From Deinococcales bacterium (GTDB lineage Bacteria; Deinococcota; Deinococci; Deinococcales; JAAFIG01), in contig JANNVX010000075.1 in assembly GCA_031414595.1 (NCBI GenBank), forward strand, positions 1 to 64,000: DNA of 64,000 nucleotides, read 5' to 3'. The position numbers and the translations under genes are program-made. The notes under the pieces were generated by a model. The model searched no databases. It saw nothing but the letters and a program-made list of their open reading frames with translations, and had not been told where the DNA came from. Positions 58,635 to 64,000 of the stretch are shown here, piece after piece (the stretch's first letter is position 1; the number at the start of each line of letters is the position of its first letter).

Positions 58635-59849
58635 TTAACCATTTTGCGACATCTCGAGTCTACCAAATTGCGATGACCTCGAGATACCACCACCTCTGTG
58701 TCCTGAATCCTGAACCGAGGCTTGTACAACTCGAGCCGCAGCCATTTGCACTTCAAGCCGAGGGTCTTCTAAGAGTGGCGCAACCAACAATTTGGCTTTT
58801 TCGCCAAAAGTGGCAAGTTGTTCGGCTGCCACGCTACGAATTCGCCAGTCTTGGTCTTGAAGAAATTCGAGTAAGCTGCTGCTGTCCTCGAGTTTTAGTT
58901 GTTGAATTGCAGCAATTCTGACCGTTCTGGATTGGGCTTCTAAGGCTCGGGTGCGGTTATTACCGCCAACCCCAGCCCGAATTGCGGCGGCTTGGATTTC
59001 TGGGTCTGGGTCGAGTAGATATTGCTCGAGTTGTGGTTGAAATTGAGCCGTGATTTCTGGATAGGCAGCGGCTCGGATGGCTTCTAAGCGGGTGTTTTCT
59101 TGGTGCATGGCTTTGAGAATTAAATCTGGCAGTTGCTTGGCATTGGTTTTGGCAGCTAAATTCAGTATCCAAACTTGGTTTTCTTGACTCAGGTGCGTCC
59201 AGATTGGACTGAGTTGTTCAACTGCTTCTAGGGCGTACTGCTCGAGGTAATCGCGGGCTTGTTGGGCAAAAACAGCCTGTAATTCGGCTAACCACAGGGC
59301 TTTATGTTGCGCCAAACTGGGAACTTCGTGTTCGCTATCATTTAACAGAGCCAAGCGCAAACGCACCGCCGCAGAATCATCGGCAGAACCAAGCCAAATG
59401 TTAGCAATGGATTCAGCACGGTTGGTATCTTTACCCAAGAGCGCTGCCTCGAGATGCGCCATTGATTTTGCCTCGCCGTCTTGGATTAAGCGAATGGCTG
59501 CACTGATGCGCTCGACGGTTTCATCCGAGAAAAACCAGATCCGCTCGAGTGTAGCGGTAATTCGCGGGTCTTTGGGCATGGCACAAATCGCGTTCAGCAA
59601 ATAAGCACGGCTCTCGAGAACAAAGACCTGTTCAAGTTCTTGGCATAAAAAACCAATTAAGTCCTGGTTGCCGTCCGTTCCCAACCCAAGCGCCGCGTTT
59701 GGGTTTTGGGCAATGGCTTCTAAAACACTTAAACGGGTTAGCATATCGCTTGAGTTAATCGCGTTAAACAAGTCTTGGGCGGTGTTGAGGTGCAAATCTT
59801 CGGTCTTGACTTCGGCAGCCGCCTCGAGTTGAGCTTCTAGGTTATTCAT
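58635..59849 (-). CDS. HEAT-repeat protein
   Basis: L.DPDPEIQAAA, LQDQDWRIR..AA..L, LEDPRLEVQ.AA; ATGA overlap with the upstream gene. Confidence 0.8.
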   Translation of the reverse strand: MNNLEAQLEAAAEVKTEDLHLNTAQDLFNAINSSDMLTRLSVLEAIAQNPNAALGLGTDGNQDLIGFLCQELEQVFVLESRAYLLNAICAMPKDPRITATLERIWFFSDETVERISAAIRLIQDGEAKSMAHLEAALLGKDTNRAESIANIWLGSADDSAAVRLRLALLNDSEHEVPSLAQHKALWLAELQAVFAQQARDYLEQYALEAVEQLSPIWTHLSQENQVWILNLAAKTNAKQLPDLILKAMHQENTRLEAIRAAAYPEITAQFQPQLEQYLLDPDPEIQAAAIRAGVGGNNRTRALEAQSRTVRIAAIQQLKLEDSSSLLEFLQDQDWRIRSVAAEQLATFGEKAKLLVAPLLEDPRLEVQMAAARVVQASVQDSGHRGGGISRSSQFGRLEMSQNG

Positions 59850-60973
59850 GAGCCAGCCACTCCAAAAACCACGGTACGACGGGTGGGTCTGGTCGCACTT
59901 GGTCCACAACCACAACCCGAGCCTTGCATCGCAAAGGCTTTGTTGACTGCGCCAATCGTATTCTCGAGCGGATTAAAAGCATCTACGTTCTGCCCAAGGT
60001 TTGTGCCGGTCAGTGCAGAAATAAAATCCACAATGCTCCACAGCCATTTGTTGCCAAAGTACCCAAACTTAGAATGGGAAATCGCTAGTTCAATCCCAAC
60101 TTGGACTTCGACGCGGCTGGTTTGTTTGATTTTCAAACTCAGTTTGTTGTCTGGGTTGCCTGCTTGGTCGCCGCCGGCGTTGCGGTCTCCGATGGTGTTG
60201 CTGCCAGACCAACGCAAATTGTTGTACGACTGCTTACCAATCACAATTTCGTTCGGTACAACCGTGATTGGAAACCCAACTTGCAACACAGGACCGGCAA
60301 TGATTGTGCCGCCAACAATCCTAAAAATATCGTTAATGGCTCGAGTAAACGGAATCAGGTCAATGACGTTGAGTGTCCCTTCGACACCGGGGGTTAAATC
60401 AATTGTGCCTTTAGATTTCCATTCACCATTTTTTGTTTGGAACAAGTCAAAATCTATTGTTCCGACAGTTGAGGTTTTTGGCTTGTCCGAACCTTTGCCA
60501 GTAGAACCCGAAGTTCCTGCTCGGCTAATCAAGTAATCCAAAAAGACTTTTAAGACGTTAATTCTAAATTCGCCATCTCCTGTAAAGCGTGGAATGATTG
60601 GCGGATTGATGTTATAACTCCAAGTAATTGCAAACTCGAGTCCAACTTGAATTCCGCCTGCAAAACCATCTTGCGTACCATCGCCGTATTTACCAGCCCA
60701 GTTGAGCAGCACAGGTGGATTGTTGTCGTAATTGCCGCCCACTTCGGTATTCATTGCCCAAGCAGGACCGCAAATACCAAAGAAGTAACTCCAACGCACA
60801 TTGACTTTGACATCTAGAAAAAAACTTTCGTAGTTAATATTGATCAGTTCGCGTTGCACATTAGAACCTTGGACACTGGCTCGAGCCGTGCCAAGGGCTG
60901 GGATGATCGCAAAGCCTTGGCAAATATCAAGCGAAGGCGAAGTCTCGAGGGTGGTGAGGGCAAGATCTGGCAT
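59846..60973 (-). CDS. Hypothetical beta-rich protein with C-terminal GCGCG motif
   Basis: AAGGAG RBS before MPDLAL; no signal peptide. Confidence 0.7.
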   Translation of the reverse strand: MPDLALTTLETSPSLDICQGFAIIPALGTARASVQGSNVQRELININYESFFLDVKVNVRWSYFFGICGPAWAMNTEVGGNYDNNPPVLLNWAGKYGDGTQDGFAGGIQVGLEFAITWSYNINPPIIPRFTGDGEFRINVLKVFLDYLISRAGTSGSTGKGSDKPKTSTVGTIDFDLFQTKNGEWKSKGTIDLTPGVEGTLNVIDLIPFTRAINDIFRIVGGTIIAGPVLQVGFPITVVPNEIVIGKQSYNNLRWSGSNTIGDRNAGGDQAGNPDNKLSLKIKQTSRVEVQVGIELAISHSKFGYFGNKWLWSIVDFISALTGTNLGQNVDAFNPLENTIGAVNKAFAMQGSGCGCGPSATRPTRRTVVFGVAGS

Positions 60974-60986
60974 GATTATCTCCTTT

Positions 60987-62411
60987 CTAAAGTGGAATTC
61001 CAATAACCACCGATTGGCTTTTATCTTGGTGTTCAACCACAAAGACCAGTCGTCCAGTATCGTCGGTGTGCATCGCCGTGTAACCAATGCCAATAAAATC
61101 TCCGACAGGGCTGTTGTGGTTGGCAAGGCGGTCTTTGTTGCGTAAAATGGTACGGTTTTGCCGTCCATTGCTGACCACCAATTCAATGCCTGCGCCCGTG
61201 CTAACCAAGAAAAAACTGATCCCGTCGGTTGCCAAATGCGGTGTGGCAATGGCTTTGACGATTTGCCCTGTGGGGCTGCGATCCCCTGTTTTTAACAGCA
61301 CTTGATTGTTCAAAACCAGAGCATGGTCGGCATTGTTAATCACCACATGGGCAACTTGATTATTTGCACCACAGCGCGGTGCAAAATAGGTCAGACCACT
61401 AACTCGAGCGTTGCTGGTGCGTAAACCACTGCTGATTGAACTGGTTTCGACTCGCAAATTGTTGGGCGTTCCAGTGCGAGCGCTGGCTGTGCCAATGGTG
61501 TTGAGGTTGCCACGCAGTACAGCCGTTTGCGATGCCCCTTGGACAAAGGCTGCACTCATTTCGGTGGCTGGGGTGAGCGTGGTTTGCATCACCAGTTGTC
61601 CGTTGTCGTGCAAGCAAATTAAGCCAAATTGTGAAATCAGCGCAGCGCTGCTGTTGGCAGCCAAAGGCGTGCCACTCGAGACGACCAAACTGGCTTCTGT
61701 GCCGTTGTTACCAGACAATTGAAAAACCCCTTGGCGCACTTCCTTAAAGCCTTGTTTGGTGGTGTGGTAATAGTTTGCCACAAAGACCAAATTTTTGCCG
61801 TGCAAACTGAGATCACCAAACATTCCTGCAAATTCGTGTCCGTCGTTGTTGGTCTGGTGTTCGTGCAGCACTCGAGTTAAACCGTTGGCGGTGCTTTTGT
61901 AAATGGCTTGCATTCGGATTGGGGTTGTACCACCATCAAAATTACCTTGGTCGTCGGTGGTTTGGCGTTTGGTTTCGGTGTCAACCATCACCACCACGGC
62001 TAATTCACCTTGGGAATTGATGTCATGGGCTGTAATTTCGACGACTTTGCGACCATCAAGAATTTCTTCGGTGCGAAGAATCCGTGTTTCTTTGGTCACT
62101 TGAGGGGTAGCCCCAGAAAACTCGAGTTGCAGGGTGTACAGACCAATTTGTTTTTGCTGGTTGACTGCGCCGTAAACCACCCGCCCGTTATTGTCTATGG
62201 CAGCATCTAAGCGCAGATTCACCATTTGGTTGCCGTCCGGCAGGGCATGAGCGCTATTTTTAAGCACAAAGAATTGGTAGCCGTTAGGCAGCACACCATC
62301 TGTGCCAATTGGCGGCGTGAGATTGTTGTTGGTTGTTCCACAAGCACTTAAGAACGCACCTGAGAAGGTTAAACCTGTAGCTTTAAGAAAATTGCGGCGA
62401 TCTATGTTCAT
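60987..62411 (-). CDS. Tat lipoprotein, probable beta-propeller (NxxGxx(A/V)-type repeats)
   Basis: DRRNFLK..LSAC; IDNNGRVVY, INSQGELAV, HDNGQLVM, DDTGRLVF. Confidence 0.7.
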   Translation of the reverse strand: MNIDRRNFLKATGLTFSGAFLSACGTTNNNLTPPIGTDGVLPNGYQFFVLKNSAHALPDGNQMVNLRLDAAIDNNGRVVYGAVNQQKQIGLYTLQLEFSGATPQVTKETRILRTEEILDGRKVVEITAHDINSQGELAVVVMVDTETKRQTTDDQGNFDGGTTPIRMQAIYKSTANGLTRVLHEHQTNNDGHEFAGMFGDLSLHGKNLVFVANYYHTTKQGFKEVRQGVFQLSGNNGTEASLVVSSGTPLAANSSAALISQFGLICLHDNGQLVMQTTLTPATEMSAAFVQGASQTAVLRGNLNTIGTASARTGTPNNLRVETSSISSGLRTSNARVSGLTYFAPRCGANNQVAHVVINNADHALVLNNQVLLKTGDRSPTGQIVKAIATPHLATDGISFFLVSTGAGIELVVSNGRQNRTILRNKDRLANHNSPVGDFIGIGYTAMHTDDTGRLVFVVEHQDKSQSVVIGIPL

Positions 62412-62422
62412 CCTAACCTCCT

Positions 62423-64000
62423 CTAATTTGTTCCCCAAGCTGTACCGTCTGGCACAGTGGTTGCGACCTTAAAAGTGCTGACCCGTTCGCCCGAAGGTTG
62501 TTCTTCTTCGCGTTCAATCAGTAAATTCCAACCCGCCAGTAATGCCACATTGTATTTCAGGGTGCGGTTGACCTGACCAGAACAGGTTTGTGTACCATTT
62601 ACGGTGGTGGCTGTTTCGAGATACCACCAACTGATTTTCTCAAGCGCTCCATCAGAATCTTCGTGGGTGATTTCAACTGGGGTTCTAAAGGTGCTTTGAT
62701 TCCAAACTTCGATTTGTAAAGCACCGTATTTGCTGGCTGGGCTAACCGTGATTGTGCCAGTGCAAACGGCTCGAGTCAGACTGAGTGGACTTAAAAGACT
62801 CGAGGAGACAGGGCTGGGCAGTGGTGTACTGACTTCGCCATTTGCACCTAATGTAAGCTGAGCAATTTGCTGATTGGCAACTTTTAAGCGCAAACTGTTC
62901 TGGGCAAACGCACTGCCAACCGAACCACTCAAGGCACTCGAGGTGCTACCCGTATCGGGAATGCCTGGTTCTTTATCGGCTTCAAAGTACCACTGCGAGC
63001 CTGTCGGTAACGTACCTGATGTATGCAGCACCACTTCGTTATTATTTTTTAGCACCACTTGGTCAATCATCAAATTCCAACCTTGGATAAAATTGATGTT
63101 GTATTCATGGATTTCGTCTTGTCCGTCGCCACTTGGGCAGTTTTCCGAACCCGTGACTTGCACGGCACTGACAGCATAGACCCAACTGACCAGAAAACCA
63201 CGTCCACCAACGGCGATCAAACCAATTGGCACCCCACTTCGGGTCGGCTCGAGAACAGCCATTGCACCTGTTGGAGTAGCCGGAGTCACAACTGCACTCG
63301 CTCCACACCCTTGGGTCAGGTCAAGCGGCTCGAGTAATGTGTTATCGAGCGTGGCTGGCAAGCTAAAGTTCAATTCACCAGTGGCGCTTAGAGTTGAAGC
63401 TCCAAGGCTTTTGCCTTTATTTGACTCGAGTTTCAAATCGGCAGCCGTGGTGTCCGTCCAACCACCCAATTTGCCACGCATCCGCGTTGGGCTGCTGCCT
63501 GCGTCCAAACCACCAAACGGACCTGGGGCAATACCCACACCTGTATCTTCGAGTTGCACAAACCATTTTTGCCCTGTGGGGATAGTAATGAGGTTATTAA
63601 AGGTGCTGATTTGCAGAACGTTATCCTCGAGTTGCTGCACCAAATTCCAACCAGCTTTTAGGTTTAGATTGTACTGGGTCGAGAAAACCTCATCGCCGCT
63701 ACCGCAACCTAGGACACCCGAAATCGTGACTGCACTCGAAGCGTACCACCAACCAACTCTGGTCGAGTACGAACCCAAGAATGCCTTACCGACAATGTTG
63801 TTGCCTCGGTACAAGACTGTGTTCAGTTTGCCAATTAAAACACTGGGGTTATTGGCTATGACTGTTCCAGTACAACCCGCTTGGTTGAGGCTCGAGATTA
63901 CCCCGAGTAAGGCTGGATTGATTGTGGCTGGAATCGCCACGTTAAAACTGCCTGTTGCGCTTGTGGTTGCGACTGGTGTTGCACCAATCACCACGGCAGA
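62423..64000 (-). CDS. Extracellular protein with at least three ~180-aa Cys-containing repeats (5' end outside the window)
   Basis: Each repeat has G....LP..L..C..W.Y..V.G...C..YN..L..GWNL. Confidence 0.75.
   Translation of the reverse strand, partial: SAVVIGATPVATTSATGSFNVAIPATINPALLGVISSLNQAGCTGTVIANNPSVLIGKLNTVLYRGNNIVGKAFLGSYSTRVGWWYASSAVTISGVLGCGSGDEVFSTQYNLNLKAGWNLVQQLEDNVLQISTFNNLITIPTGQKWFVQLEDTGVGIAPGPFGGLDAGSSPTRMRGKLGGWTDTTAADLKLESNKGKSLGASTLSATGELNFSLPATLDNTLLEPLDLTQGCGASAVVTPATPTGAMAVLEPTRSGVPIGLIAVGGRGFLVSWVYAVSAVQVTGSENCPSGDGQDEIHEYNINFIQGWNLMIDQVVLKNNNEVVLHTSGTLPTGSQWYFEADKEPGIPDTGSTSSALSGSVGSAFAQNSLRLKVANQQIAQLTLGANGEVSTPLPSPVSSSLLSPLSLTRAVCTGTITVSPASKYGALQIEVWNQSTFRTPVEITHEDSDGALEKISWWYLETATTVNGTQTCSGQVNRTLKYNVALLAGWNLLIEREEEQPSGERVSTFKVATTVPDGTAWGTN

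Overview
A 64 kb bacterial chromosomal window, most likely Deinococcota. This rests on the gene families present and on pervasive leaderless genes with a TAnnnT box 5-7 nt before the start codon. Mostly housekeeping from 0.7-42 kb: GH13 glucosidase, tRNA-Ser/Ser/Arg operon, peptide ABC transporters, msrA, DUF1800/DUF1501, ppk2, metG, purine catabolism, cdd, a CNNM/hemolysin transporter, tRNA-Lys, an MJ1316-RtcB fusion, nagZ, three roadblock proteins and khpA-rimM-trmD. The accessory region (42-64 kb) holds several toxin-antitoxin modules, an AT-richer island (permuted papain-like amidase, GH25 muramidase, two unknown membrane proteins), an AfsR/SARP-like NTPase-TPR regulator, a two-component system, a type III PKS and a lipoprotein/HEAT/protease operon. 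Main signals: (1) three promoters around the SARP-like regulator share one architecture (11-bp-period direct repeat, exactly 10 nt, then TAAG(C/G)T), defining a candidate regulon for an uncharacterised cell-wall-lytic/membrane module; (2) the palindrome CTCGAG is about 20-fold over-represented but depleted in the island, and sits inside 38-bp direct repeats that flank a TA cassette; (3) unannotated small or leader ORFs upstream of the CNNM gene and metG, and between DUF1800 and DUF1501; (4) tandem copies of the tRNA-Lys 5' end in its own leader, next to an RNA-repair ligase. All calls are by eye; no searches were run.
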